From: Candidatus Nitrosomirales archaeon
Lineage (GTDB): Archaea; Thermoproteota; Nitrososphaeria; Nitrososphaerales; UBA213
DNA: 64,000 bases
Reading direction: 5' to 3'
Assembly (NCBI GenBank): GCA_049199595.1
Contig: JBMCYV010000011.1
Location: forward strand, 7,851-71,850
Made by a program: the position numbers and the translations under genes. The notes beneath the pieces were generated by a model. That model made no database searches and was not told the origin of the DNA. It was given only the letters and a program-made list of their open reading frames with translations. This document shows, in pieces, positions 45,689 through 55,082 of this stretch (position 1 is its first letter; every line of letters begins with the position of its first letter).

Positions 45689-46510
45689 CTATGCAATGGC
45701 AACTTCGATATTTTTTATGATTTGGTTTTGTTTTGCAATAGCGTAAAGCTTGTGCAACGAACTTACTCCCTGCTCCCCCATATCAATAGTTAGATCGTTA
45801 ACATACATCCTCACGAACTTCTCGATAAGGTAACGGGACGCACCTCTTGCGTACTGCATCGCATAATCTATGGAATCATCGATATTTTCGAAGCCGAACT
45901 GTATTGAACGTTTCAGGAGTTCATCGAACCTGCCTATCATTTCATTGCCAAGTCTCTTGCTTGCTATGTTGATCCCAAGCGGAAGCGGCAGTCCCTTGCT
46001 CACGCCATCCCACCATAGTCCTAGATCAAGCGTGTTTACGAACTTTGCCTGATCATAGGTTATCTGTGCCTCGTGAATCACCAGGCCAGCATCTACGGAG
46101 TCTTTCTCAACTGCCGCATTGATATCGCTGAACTTCATCTCTACCGCATTAAAGTCTCCTATGGCCATTTGCAGCAGAAGGTATGCGGTTGTCATCTTTC
46201 CAGGCACTGCAATCCTGCTCTTCTTCAGCTCGTCTACACTGAACTTTCTCTTTGCAATAACTATTGGTCCGTATGCCTTGCCAAAGCTCGACCCGCTCCG
46301 CAATATCACATAATCTCGTGTGTATGCATATGCATGGGCAGATACCGCAGTAACGTCCAACTCATTGTTTAGGGCTCTCTTGTTGAGAGACTCGATATCT
46401 TCAATGACATGCTTCACCTTTACATCGTCCATTGTAACTTTGTTAGATGCTATACCGTAAAACATGAAGGCGTCATCAGCATCTGGCGTATGACCTACAG
46501 TTATCTCCAC
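45689..46510 (-). CDS. mqnD: MqnA/MqnD-family (VitK2 biosynthesis, periplasmic-binding-protein fold) protein; best guess MqnD-like 1,4-dihydroxy-6-naphthoate synthase
   Basis: 273 aa. ITVGHTPDADDAFMFYGI ... IEDIESLNKRALNNELDVTAVSAHAYA ... GKAYGPIVIA parallels the SPxPxDxF...DIExLN...dvxxxS pattern of MqnD as I recall it. The subfamily is uncertain. Confidence 0.75.
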   Translation of the reverse strand: MEITVGHTPDADDAFMFYGIASNKVTMDDVKVKHVIEDIESLNKRALNNELDVTAVSAHAYAYTRDYVILRSGSSFGKAYGPIVIAKRKFSVDELKKSRIAVPGKMTTAYLLLQMAIGDFNAVEMKFSDINAAVEKDSVDAGLVIHEAQITYDQAKFVNTLDLGLWWDGVSKGLPLPLGINIASKRLGNEMIGRFDELLKRSIQFGFENIDDSIDYAMQYARGASRYLIEKFVRMYVNDLTIDMGEQGVSSLHKLYAIAKQNQIIKNIEVAIA

Positions 46511-46563
46511 ACATCCTGCTCGATTACGCAGATATTAAAAGGTAGCATAATCTAGCATTTAAT

Positions 46564-47490
46564 ATGAACACCATAGAGGCTTACGAGCAGGAAATAAGAT
46601 TCCAGATCTCTGAATTGCCGAGATTCCTTCATGAATCAAAGATTAAGAAATTGAGTACTGGAGAACAGGAAAAATGTGTTTTTACTGGTACGGGGGATTC
46701 CTTCGCAGCTGCGATGGTCACTGAGTTTGCGTCGAACAACAAAGTTCGATGTATAGATCCCTCGAACATATGCTTGAATCCATCTATAGCTAAGGCCAAA
46801 CTTCTTTACGCATTATCTATATCTGGTAATACTAAAGCAAACGTTGAAGCCGTCAAAAGTGCCAAGAAACACGCTGCAAGAACAATAGCGATAACGGCAA
46901 ATAGAGAAAGCAAGCTTGCCAAAGTCTGCAAGGAAGTAATAGAACTCAAATTCAAGAACGCGGGTATGCTGACAGCCGGGAGCATAAGTTTTACAACAAG
47001 CATGCTAGCCTGTTTATCGCTGGTAAGCAATGTAACGATAACCGATGTTGAAAGATTGTTCAACAATGCAAAAAGTGATGCAGGAGAAATAAAGTTGAAT
47101 GGTCATGTGTACGTTCTTGGCAACTGGATAACGTATCCTTTAGCAATCTACGGATGTGCAAAGATGTATGAAGTTTTAGGCATGAAAGCTCAGCACGTGA
47201 TGCTTGAACAGTTCTGTCACATGCAACTCTTCTCCATAAAGGAGGGTGATACCATTCTTATCCTGTCAAATGAAGGTAAAGCGAAAGAACTTTCTGCTAA
47301 ACTAGTCAACGACGGTTACAACTCTCACGTGTTCGAACCTAAAGGTAAAACGTTGGAAGATAACCTGCTCTACTACTCTTTCCTTCTGCAGCTAATCGTG
47401 CTTAACAATGCAAAGAAATTGCAGCTCAAGGAATGCTACTTCATAACTAACAACAAACTTAGAGACATCAGCAGTTCGCTAATTTACTGA
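46564..47490 (+). CDS. SIS-domain (sugar-phosphate isomerase/binding) protein
   Basis: 308 aa. FTGTGDSFAAAM ... YALSISGNTKANVEAVKSAKKHAARTIAITAN is the SIS nucleotide/sugar-phosphate binding pattern. There is a second degenerate SIS half. Confidence 0.75.
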   Translation: MNTIEAYEQEIRFQISELPRFLHESKIKKLSTGEQEKCVFTGTGDSFAAAMVTEFASNNKVRCIDPSNICLNPSIAKAKLLYALSISGNTKANVEAVKSAKKHAARTIAITANRESKLAKVCKEVIELKFKNAGMLTAGSISFTTSMLACLSLVSNVTITDVERLFNNAKSDAGEIKLNGHVYVLGNWITYPLAIYGCAKMYEVLGMKAQHVMLEQFCHMQLFSIKEGDTILILSNEGKAKELSAKLVNDGYNSHVFEPKGKTLEDNLLYYSFLLQLIVLNNAKKLQLKECYFITNNKLRDISSSLIY

Positions 47491-48330
47491 ACCAGATCTC
47501 TTTCTCTTGACTCTGATGTATGCTATAAAACCGATGATAGCACCACCCACAATAATTGCAATTATGGGTGGTATGAGAGGATCTGGAGGCTGTAGCTTCG
47601 AAACGTCGATACCACTTCCAACAGGTGACTCGGTTATCTTCCATCTTATTGTTAGATCCTGTGTGGGCACAGTGTTGAACTCCCATGTTGCTGCTTTTAG
47701 CGTGGTCTTACTTGGCGGTATAGAGTAGCTAGTTATCAGACCATTTGCATGTGTTGAAGATACAACCAGTTTTTCAATGGGTTTGGACCATCTTGATACT
47801 TCCTCCAACATGATAGTAAAATCAGTTTCACTGCCAGCAATGCCTCTGCTGGTTGCATTTACCTCTAACACACTTGTACCCTCAGGTATTGTAAGATCTA
47901 ATGTGTATAGATTCACGCCTGTTCCTGTTTGTCTGAGATTAGCGTACTCAACATTCGTATAATTAACCGCAAGCTCGTTAAAAGTAAATGATAATGAGCT
48001 ATCATCAAGCGGTGTCATGAGTGGAATGTTAATAGGTAGATCAGCTTGGTCTGAATCGTTCTGAATCACATACTCTGCGTTAAAGTTCATTTCTATGGCG
48101 TGATGCGGTTCAAACCCTGCAGTTTCTCTCTCCCATTTCGATATCGTGTCTATCTGCAAATATGCTTCCTTCAAAAAGATATTTCCCTCCTCGATCGTGG
48201 GATATATTACTCCAGCTGTATCGCCAAACTGAACAAATGTCGTCGCATAAACTTGCATTAAGATCAATGGTAATAACAAAACAAGCTGCAAATTGATCCA
48301 TACATTTCCAATAAACTGTAATGACATCAA
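47479..48330 (-). CDS. exported protein with C-terminal TM anchor
   Basis: 283 aa. N-terminal signal (LQLVLLLPLILMQVYA). C-terminus PPDPLIPPIIAIIVGGAIIGFIAYIRVKRKR. Confidence 0.6.
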   Translation of the reverse strand: MMSLQFIGNVWINLQLVLLLPLILMQVYATTFVQFGDTAGVIYPTIEEGNIFLKEAYLQIDTISKWERETAGFEPHHAIEMNFNAEYVIQNDSDQADLPINIPLMTPLDDSSLSFTFNELAVNYTNVEYANLRQTGTGVNLYTLDLTIPEGTSVLEVNATSRGIAGSETDFTIMLEEVSRWSKPIEKLVVSSTHANGLITSYSIPPSKTTLKAATWEFNTVPTQDLTIRWKITESPVGSGIDVSKLQPPDPLIPPIIAIIVGGAIIGFIAYIRVKRKRSGSVN

Positions 48331-48427
48331 AACTTTCTAACAGAAGGATTAAATAAAGATGCCCGATAGAGTTGTGCCTGAAAGGGAATGCCGAGATTCA
48401 AATCCACGGCAGAAGTAATGAAGATCA

Positions 48428-50629
48428 TTGGCAATAAGGACCAAATTCGAATGGTGTGAAGGTAAAACTTTTCGCCCGAATAATTTTGGTGTTATTGCAC
48501 ATGTAGATCATGGAAAGACTACCATGAGTGATAGTCTTCTCGCTGCAACTGGAATGCTTAGCCCATCAGCTGCAGGCGAGGCTTTAGCGTTGGATTACAT
48601 GGACCTTGAGCAGCAGAGGCAGATGACGATCAAGGCTGCTAACGTTACTCTATACTATGAAGAAGGCGGTAAGCCTTATGTCATTAATATGATCGATACT
48701 CCAGGACACATAGATTTTACGGGTAAGGTTACGAGAAGTTTGAGAGCGATAGATGGTGCTTGTGTGGTTTGCGACTCTGTTGAAGGCGTAATGACGCAGA
48801 CAGAAACTGTAACGCGACAGGCACTGGAGGAAAGGGTCAGACCAGTTCTTTATATCAATAAGATAGATCGTCTGGTTAAAGAGTTAAGGTTAAAGCCAGA
48901 ACAGATGCAGGAATGGCTTGCTGATATAATTGGTCACTTTAATCAATTAATCGATATTTACGCAGAGCCTGAAGTGAAAGACAAGTGGAAAGTCAGCATC
49001 CAGAATGACACTGTTGCCTTTGGTTCTGCAAAGGATAAGTGGGGCTTTAACGCTGGTATCGCTGCGAAGAAGGGCATAAAGTTCAGCGATATTTATGATG
49101 CATACAGTGCAGAAGATCCAAAGACAGTTTCGGAAAGGATTAAAACACTTTCGGAAAAAATCCCCTTGCACGAAGCTGTTCTGAGCATGGTAGTCAAGCA
49201 TCATCCTCCTCCACATGTTGCGCAGGCCTATAGAATTCCCAAGATCTGGAAGGGTGATCTGAATTCAGATCTAGGCAAGGCGTTGCTAGCATGTGATGAA
49301 AATGGTCCTATTGTAATGATGATCACTACGATAGTTATGGATCCTCAGGCAGGACCAGTTGCTGTTGGCAGGCTGTTTTCTGGCACAATAAGCGACGGCG
49401 ATGAAGTCTACCTGATAGATTCCAAGCGAACTGGAAGGATACAGTCCGTTAACATGTTTATGGGACCTTTTAGAGAGCTCGTTGGTAGTATGAGCTCTGG
49501 AAACATTCCAGCACTGTTAGGTCTAGAATATGCTAGGTCTGGCGAGACAATTTCAACTGTGAAGGATGTCGTAGCTTTCGAATCAATCAAGTATGTCTCC
49601 GAACCCGTTGTTACGGTTGCCGTAGAGCCAAAACATCCAAGGGATCTGCCAAAAATGGTCGAGGTCTTGAGGAAGATGAGTATAGAAGATCCTAACCTTG
49701 TTGTAACGATCAAGGAGGAAACTGGAGAGACGCTCATGGCTGGTATGGGTGTATTGCACTTGGAGATTGCCACAACGCTGTTACAGCAAGCAGGCCTGGA
49801 GATAATCACATCAAAACCATTGATCAACTACAGAGAGACTGTTAGAGCATCAGCAGGGCCAATCATGTCAAAGTCTCCCAACAGGCATAACAAGATATTC
49901 ATGAAAATTGAACCACTTGCAGAAGATGTGATTGAGTTGATACGAACTGGTAAGATAAACGAAAACATGGACAAGAAAGACATAGGAAAGGTTCTCAGGG
50001 AAAAGGGCTGGGAACCTGATGAGGCAAGAAGTGTTGTATCAATAGAAAGTGGAAGCCTGCTTGTAGATTCTACGAAAGGTGTTCAGTACTTGCAGGAGTC
50101 TATGGATTCCATTGAATCTGGTTTCCAAGACGTTATGCGAAGCGGCCCTATGGCACAAGAACGTTGCAGGGGATTGAAGATTGTTCTGCATCACTTTGTT
50201 CCACACGAAGACCCTGCACATAGAACACTGGCACAGTTAATGCCTGCAACGCGAAGATGCGTTATGGGTGCTATACTTACTGCAAATCCTGTTCTGCTAG
50301 AACCAGTATTAGGCATAGAGGTGAGGTGTCCCGCAGATATGATAGGGACCGTTGCTGGTGTATTGTCAGGAAAGCGTGGCAAGTTGCTCAACGTAGATCA
50401 AAAGGGAGTGATTGCAATAGTACAAGGCGAAGTTCCTGCATCGGAGACATTTGATCTGTCAGAAGTCATGCGGGGAGGTACTGCAGGCAAGGCAATGTGG
50501 AACACACACTTCAAGTTGTGGCAAGCAGTTCCATCTTCATTGCTGATGCCAATAATTACCGAAGTAAGAAAGAGGAAGGGTCTGAATCCAGAGCCTCCAA
50601 ACCCCGATGAGTTCATCGATAAAGAATAA
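48428..50629 (+). CDS. fusA: translation elongation factor 2 (aEF-2)
   Basis: 733 aa. G1 AHVDHGKTT, G3 DTPGHIDF, G4 NKIDR. EF-2 domains II-V are present, with the typical C-terminus RKRKGL..EPP..DEFIDK. TTG start. See the finding on the HRT diphthamide loop. Confidence 0.9.
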   Translation: MAIRTKFEWCEGKTFRPNNFGVIAHVDHGKTTMSDSLLAATGMLSPSAAGEALALDYMDLEQQRQMTIKAANVTLYYEEGGKPYVINMIDTPGHIDFTGKVTRSLRAIDGACVVCDSVEGVMTQTETVTRQALEERVRPVLYINKIDRLVKELRLKPEQMQEWLADIIGHFNQLIDIYAEPEVKDKWKVSIQNDTVAFGSAKDKWGFNAGIAAKKGIKFSDIYDAYSAEDPKTVSERIKTLSEKIPLHEAVLSMVVKHHPPPHVAQAYRIPKIWKGDLNSDLGKALLACDENGPIVMMITTIVMDPQAGPVAVGRLFSGTISDGDEVYLIDSKRTGRIQSVNMFMGPFRELVGSMSSGNIPALLGLEYARSGETISTVKDVVAFESIKYVSEPVVTVAVEPKHPRDLPKMVEVLRKMSIEDPNLVVTIKEETGETLMAGMGVLHLEIATTLLQQAGLEIITSKPLINYRETVRASAGPIMSKSPNRHNKIFMKIEPLAEDVIELIRTGKINENMDKKDIGKVLREKGWEPDEARSVVSIESGSLLVDSTKGVQYLQESMDSIESGFQDVMRSGPMAQERCRGLKIVLHHFVPHEDPAHRTLAQLMPATRRCVMGAILTANPVLLEPVLGIEVRCPADMIGTVAGVLSGKRGKLLNVDQKGVIAIVQGEVPASETFDLSEVMRGGTAGKAMWNTHFKLWQAVPSSLLMPIITEVRKRKGLNPEPPNPDEFIDKE

Positions 50630-50725
50630 AAATGGTTATGCTCCTCAATTTGATTGAATCTGATATCTAGATCTTCTAATATTCTACTGTTAATCTTTAA
50701 GTAATTCTAGATTACTATCTGAAAT

Positions 50726-51271
50726 ATGGTGCTGAATGAGGTTGGGACTTTCTTCCTAGATCTCTTCTTGAATCATCCTGAGGCAGTTGTTGCTGCTATT
50801 GGTATTCCAGTAGCAGCAGTTGTGAGTTTAATAGCAAATTATTATCACAAAAAACAACTTCATGTTACTACGTTATTCAAGATTTTCGAGCTCTTAAACA
50901 GTCCTGAAACCAGAGATGCAAGAGATGCTATGTATAAAGAATATTGCCATCTTGTCAAACAAAAAATCCCAATTATTTTCAACAGCTCTGAACATATCAA
51001 GCGACAAGCTTACATTGTAAAATCAGCATATGACCATGCCGGTGTATTATATTTAAACGGTTTTTTGAATGAAGAACTGTTTTTCAAAATCTATGGTGAA
51101 AGAGTAGTACGCGACTGGGAAGCATTAGAAGAGGATATAAGAAAAGACTGGCCACACAATCCAAAAATTTGTGAGCATTTTAAGACTATGAGAGATGAGT
51201 TTAAAAAGCGTTTTGAAAAGAGTTATACGGAAGAAAAAATGCGACATCTACATCCATATTGCAAGGAATGA
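50726..51271 (+). CDS. hypothetical protein with N-terminal TM helix
   Basis: 181 aa. AVVAAIGIPVAAVVSLIANYY, then a helical cytoplasmic part. No family recognised. Confidence 0.55.
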   Translation: MVLNEVGTFFLDLFLNHPEAVVAAIGIPVAAVVSLIANYYHKKQLHVTTLFKIFELLNSPETRDARDAMYKEYCHLVKQKIPIIFNSSEHIKRQAYIVKSAYDHAGVLYLNGFLNEELFFKIYGERVVRDWEALEEDIRKDWPHNPKICEHFKTMRDEFKKRFEKSYTEEKMRHLHPYCKE

Positions 51272-51373
51272 TGAACGATTATGTTATAATATCTACTTAT
51301 CAACTTGTAGAAATACGAGATTAACTTGATTTAATATGAAAGACTTAATTCCCACTGTGGAGGTACTACAAGT

Positions 51374-51811
51374 GTGAGTTTTGATTCTGGCGACGGGGAC
51401 GGCCAAGATTACATAAAAGCCAAGATCAGCTACGTAGGATTTGTAGATCCTTACGGTGTCGAAGGTGTAGTAATACTGAAAGCTGATGATGGAAAAGAGT
51501 TTCCCATGCGAGCATTTTCAGGCGAGGTTGCCAGACATATAGCGAGGTTCCAGCAGGGAGACAAGGGAAGCATTCCTACGATATATAACTTGGTAGAAGA
51601 GATTGCTGAAATGAAGGAACTGCTTTTGTCTGAAGTAAGAGTTTATCAGAGCGGTTCTGTTTTAAGAGCGAATCTTTACTTTACGACCAGAGACAATAAC
51701 ATGGTTCTAAGGAATTACAGAGCATCTGATTCTATTGCGCTTGCAGCATATTATGACATTCCTATAAAGATAAGAAAGAACCTCTTCGAGGAAGCTGTTC
51801 AGGAAAAGTAA
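51374..51811 (+). CDS. bifunctional nuclease (BFN/DUF151) family protein
   Basis: 145 aa. VVILKADDGKEFPMRAFSGEVARHIARF.....PTIYNLVEEIAE......EVRVYQSGSVLRANLYF....RNYRASDSIALAAYYDIPIKI matches the DUF151 pattern. Confidence 0.75.
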   Translation: MSFDSGDGDGQDYIKAKISYVGFVDPYGVEGVVILKADDGKEFPMRAFSGEVARHIARFQQGDKGSIPTIYNLVEEIAEMKELLLSEVRVYQSGSVLRANLYFTTRDNNMVLRNYRASDSIALAAYYDIPIKIRKNLFEEAVQEK

Positions 51812-51871
51812 TCATATATTCGTTCATTCTCTACACATTAATTAATAATTAGTTATGCATTAGTTACTGTA

Positions 51872-52282
51872 ATGAGTGATAGTGAAGAAGTAGAAAATAT
51901 CAACAGCAAGTTCTATCAAGCCTTTGAAAGTTTGTCGATAGACAAGATGGAGGAGATCTGGAGTCATAGTGATAATACTGTTTGTGTGCACCCGGGCTGG
52001 GACCTTTTTACAGGATGGTTGGCAATACGGGAGAGCTGGGTAAGGATATTTCAGAACACGCAAGAAATAAAGTTCGTAATTACGAATACAAAGACAAAGA
52101 TCGTTAAGGACATTGCAATAGTTGTTTGCCTTGAAAATATAGAGAATGTAGTTGATGGCGAAGCCATAAAATTTGGTGTGATTGCGACAAACATTTTTGA
52201 ACGCAGCAACGAAAAATGGTTAATGGTACATCATCAAGGTTCAACTGTAGCAAACTATCTTCCGCCTAACATTTCCTCTTAA
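51872..52282 (+). CDS. NTF2-like (SnoaL/DUF4440-type) protein
   Basis: 136 aa. INSKFYQAFESLSIDKMEEIWSHSDNTVCVHPGW..FTGWLAIRESW ... KWLMVHHQGS is the DUF4440/SnoaL-like pattern. Confidence 0.7.
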   Translation: MSDSEEVENINSKFYQAFESLSIDKMEEIWSHSDNTVCVHPGWDLFTGWLAIRESWVRIFQNTQEIKFVITNTKTKIVKDIAIVVCLENIENVVDGEAIKFGVIATNIFERSNEKWLMVHHQGSTVANYLPPNISS

Positions 52283-52287
52283 TCAAA

Positions 52288-53379
52288 TCAGGTAGTTATA
52301 TCGTTCAGTCTTCCTTCCATATACGCATTCTTTATCTCCATAGCAATCCTTCTTCCAACACCAAACGTTTTACCATGATAATACTTCGTGTAAGGACTTG
52401 TAGTCGCCATTATAGGATTTCCAGGCACTCTTAGTGAGACATCATAAACAACAATATCCAGATCAACGGTTACAATGCTCTGTAGGGAATAAGGTCCGAT
52501 TATGCCTGGAGGATATTCTCGCTTCGTTGCTTTCGCAAATCTATCACCTATTTCAAAGACCTTCTCAAGCATGGATTCTCTGATGCTTGCAGGCGTATGG
52601 CCGATCTCAATGTTCTGCAACTGCACGTCAATTTCCATCTGCTGTTTTGCAGGCATGCTAACAAAATCGTGAAGGTTGGTCTGGAGCCTTCGCTCTATAC
52701 CAAGAAATTCTACTTCGTCCTTCAACGGCGAGTAAAAGAAGTTAAAGTTAAAGTAAGTTCCCATCACGAACTCTTCGATAACAGCACTAGCAAGATCCTG
52801 TTTCCTTATAATTCCATTCTTTATTCTCTGCTGCACTTTCTGCTTGTAGTCTTTGTACGATGATGCAACAAAGAACGCACGTTCCATCTTTCTTTTTGCT
52901 TCCTGCACCTTGACCATCACCGGACCATTGATCCGTTCCGGTTTCTTCAAGATCCTAGGATGCCTTACCCTTGCTTTTTCAAGAAGGTAGTACTGATTTT
53001 TTTTTACTGTTCGCTCTTCAGCTCTTAACATTGATCTATTGCCAAAGATAGGAACCTTCAGTTTCTTCTCTATGCCATCGTATCCAAGGTATGCAGTAAA
53101 AGCTCTATGTGGAACGAGTATGGTGTTTAGATGTCTTAACTTATCCTGTGTATCCTTTCGCAGCATGTCAGAAAATTTCTTAAGCAAGATCATATTGTCT
53201 GCCAGTCGCCTGAATCTCTTGTACGGTGTTTCTCTTCCTTTCTGACACACAACCACGGTCTGCATCTCTTCATCCTTTGCACCGTCCATTATCTCCAGCG
53301 CAGAATGGCTGCCTAGTGTGCCAACAGCAACATCCCTATAACTTTCAACAACACCAAATATTTCCTTACGCGATATCAT
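52288..53379 (-). CDS. purP: 5-formaminoimidazole-4-carboxamide ribonucleotide synthetase (archaeal PurP)
   Basis: 363 aa. VGTLGSHSALEIMDGAKDEEMQTVVVCQKGRETPYKRF N-terminus and ATP-grasp body, as in PurP. Confidence 0.85.
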   Translation of the reverse strand: MISRKEIFGVVESYRDVAVGTLGSHSALEIMDGAKDEEMQTVVVCQKGRETPYKRFRRLADNMILLKKFSDMLRKDTQDKLRHLNTILVPHRAFTAYLGYDGIEKKLKVPIFGNRSMLRAEERTVKKNQYYLLEKARVRHPRILKKPERINGPVMVKVQEAKRKMERAFFVASSYKDYKQKVQQRIKNGIIRKQDLASAVIEEFVMGTYFNFNFFYSPLKDEVEFLGIERRLQTNLHDFVSMPAKQQMEIDVQLQNIEIGHTPASIRESMLEKVFEIGDRFAKATKREYPPGIIGPYSLQSIVTVDLDIVVYDVSLRVPGNPIMATTSPYTKYYHGKTFGVGRRIAMEIKNAYMEGRLNDITT

Positions 53380-53418
53380 GCAAACATCACTCCATTGGTG
53401 CCTGTAAAAAGTATTTGG

Positions 53419-54267
53419 TCAGTACTCTGCCTTCCTGTCTATCATGCCCTTATGTCTTGCTCTATGCTCTGCGATCTTGAACAAGATAGTTGCCATTACT
53501 GCAAATCCAGCTGTACTGAGAATCATGTACACAAGATCAAGTGCAAAGTCTCCAGAACCTGACAGTGAAGATCTGATCAAGTTAAGGAAGTATGTTGACG
53601 GCAACGCGTAGCCTACCTCCTGTGCTACTGGTGGTAGCACACTTACTGGAAATACGACTCCGGAAAGAAGGAACAGAACACCAGTTGTGTATTCACTCAA
53701 TGAATACTGGAGCTTGAATGATACCAGATTTATAGCACATAACAACAGTCCTAGGAACCCGAAAGCGATTATTCCTAACAAGATGGTTCCAACCAGCAGA
53801 GGATAGTTTACCTGCAGAGCATCTATACCAAGATCGAGACCGAAGAATGTGCTGAATATGGCAGTACCAATAACAAATGCTGCAGTCACCGATACTGTAG
53901 CATTAGTCGCAGATGCAATTACCCTGCCGAAGATGTAAGGTTTCAAAGATTCAGGCGTTATGTAGATGTGTTTCAAAACTTCATACTTTGCTCTGTCCTC
54001 ATGCATAAGGTAGCCTAGGGAGATTGCCAGTGTTGCTGGGTATATGAAGAATATCGCACCGGTAAAAGTGTAGAAGAAGAGCTGCTGGTTCATCGTACCT
54101 GCAGCGTCGCTCCCGATAAGGAAGATCAGACCTATCATTATCACACTTGCCATCGGTTTCGCAATCATATACGCTAGGAACACAAACGGATCGGTCCAGT
54201 TTGACTCGACCTTCCAGCCAATCCAAGCTCCCTGTGCCATAACCTTTACAGTATTTGCTATTGCCAT
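53419..54267 (-). CDS. ABC-2 type transporter permease
   Basis: 282 aa with six hydrophobic helices. Overlaps the upstream permease gene by 10 nt. Confidence 0.8.
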   Translation of the reverse strand: MAIANTVKVMAQGAWIGWKVESNWTDPFVFLAYMIAKPMASVIMIGLIFLIGSDAAGTMNQQLFFYTFTGAIFFIYPATLAISLGYLMHEDRAKYEVLKHIYITPESLKPYIFGRVIASATNATVSVTAAFVIGTAIFSTFFGLDLGIDALQVNYPLLVGTILLGIIAFGFLGLLLCAINLVSFKLQYSLSEYTTGVLFLLSGVVFPVSVLPPVAQEVGYALPSTYFLNLIRSSLSGSGDFALDLVYMILSTAGFAVMATILFKIAEHRARHKGMIDRKAEY

Positions 54268-55082
54268 CTCAGAGTTAGCCTCCCTTCTCTCTTGCTGATA
54301 GTCTCCATCTTGCGCAATGCAAGGTATGAAAACGGTACCAACAGTGAAGCAAGTACTGCCAGTCCTATCATGTGCGGAACGACACTAGAAAAGTCGCCAC
54401 CCAAAATTACCAGCTGCCTTATTCCGTCGATGCCTAAAGTAAGCGGGATAGCAGTAGCAACGAACTTTATCGCAGATGGAAAGAACTTACTGCTGAGAAC
54501 AGGGTAATACATGCCAGATAACACATAGATGGGTTCCTGCATCAGGTCTGCCATGTGCGTTGCTTCCCTACCGTAAAGCAGAAAGAGTGATGCGAATAAT
54601 ATCCCCATTCCGTAAAGTGCTACAACTGCAAGAACGAATATTATTATCAATGCTGAAAGATCGCCAATTACAAACTGTATGGGGAATAGAAAAGTTCCTA
54701 TCAAAATTATCGATATCGCTCTGATCGTTGTGTTGATTATGCCTCCCATTGCCATTCCAATAAGAACTGCCATTCTGGATATTGGAGCGATCATGTAGAG
54801 CTCAAGCATTCCAGTCTCCTTTTCCCAGTAGAACTGACTTGACATACCCCAGAGAACGTTGCTCCAAAACGACAACATCGCACCTCCAATTATCACAAAA
54901 CCAAGAAACTCGTTTGGAGCATCGAGCACCTCATACATGTAGATGTATGCGCTTATGGAAAGCATCGGTATGATAACTTCCGCGATGCTCCAGTGCGGTT
55001 CTCTAAGAAGTCCCTTCAGTCTGACATATGCTCTTGCATAAACTACTCTGCCATGATCTACAACTTCACTTGCTATACCCAT
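54258..55082 (-). CDS. ABC-2 type transporter permease
   Basis: 274 aa with six hydrophobic helices. Overlaps the ATPase gene by 17 nt. Confidence 0.8.
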   Translation of the reverse strand: MGIASEVVDHGRVVYARAYVRLKGLLREPHWSIAEVIIPMLSISAYIYMYEVLDAPNEFLGFVIIGGAMLSFWSNVLWGMSSQFYWEKETGMLELYMIAPISRMAVLIGMAMGGIINTTIRAISIILIGTFLFPIQFVIGDLSALIIIFVLAVVALYGMGILFASLFLLYGREATHMADLMQEPIYVLSGMYYPVLSSKFFPSAIKFVATAIPLTLGIDGIRQLVILGGDFSSVVPHMIGLAVLASLLVPFSYLALRKMETISKREGRLTLRWQ

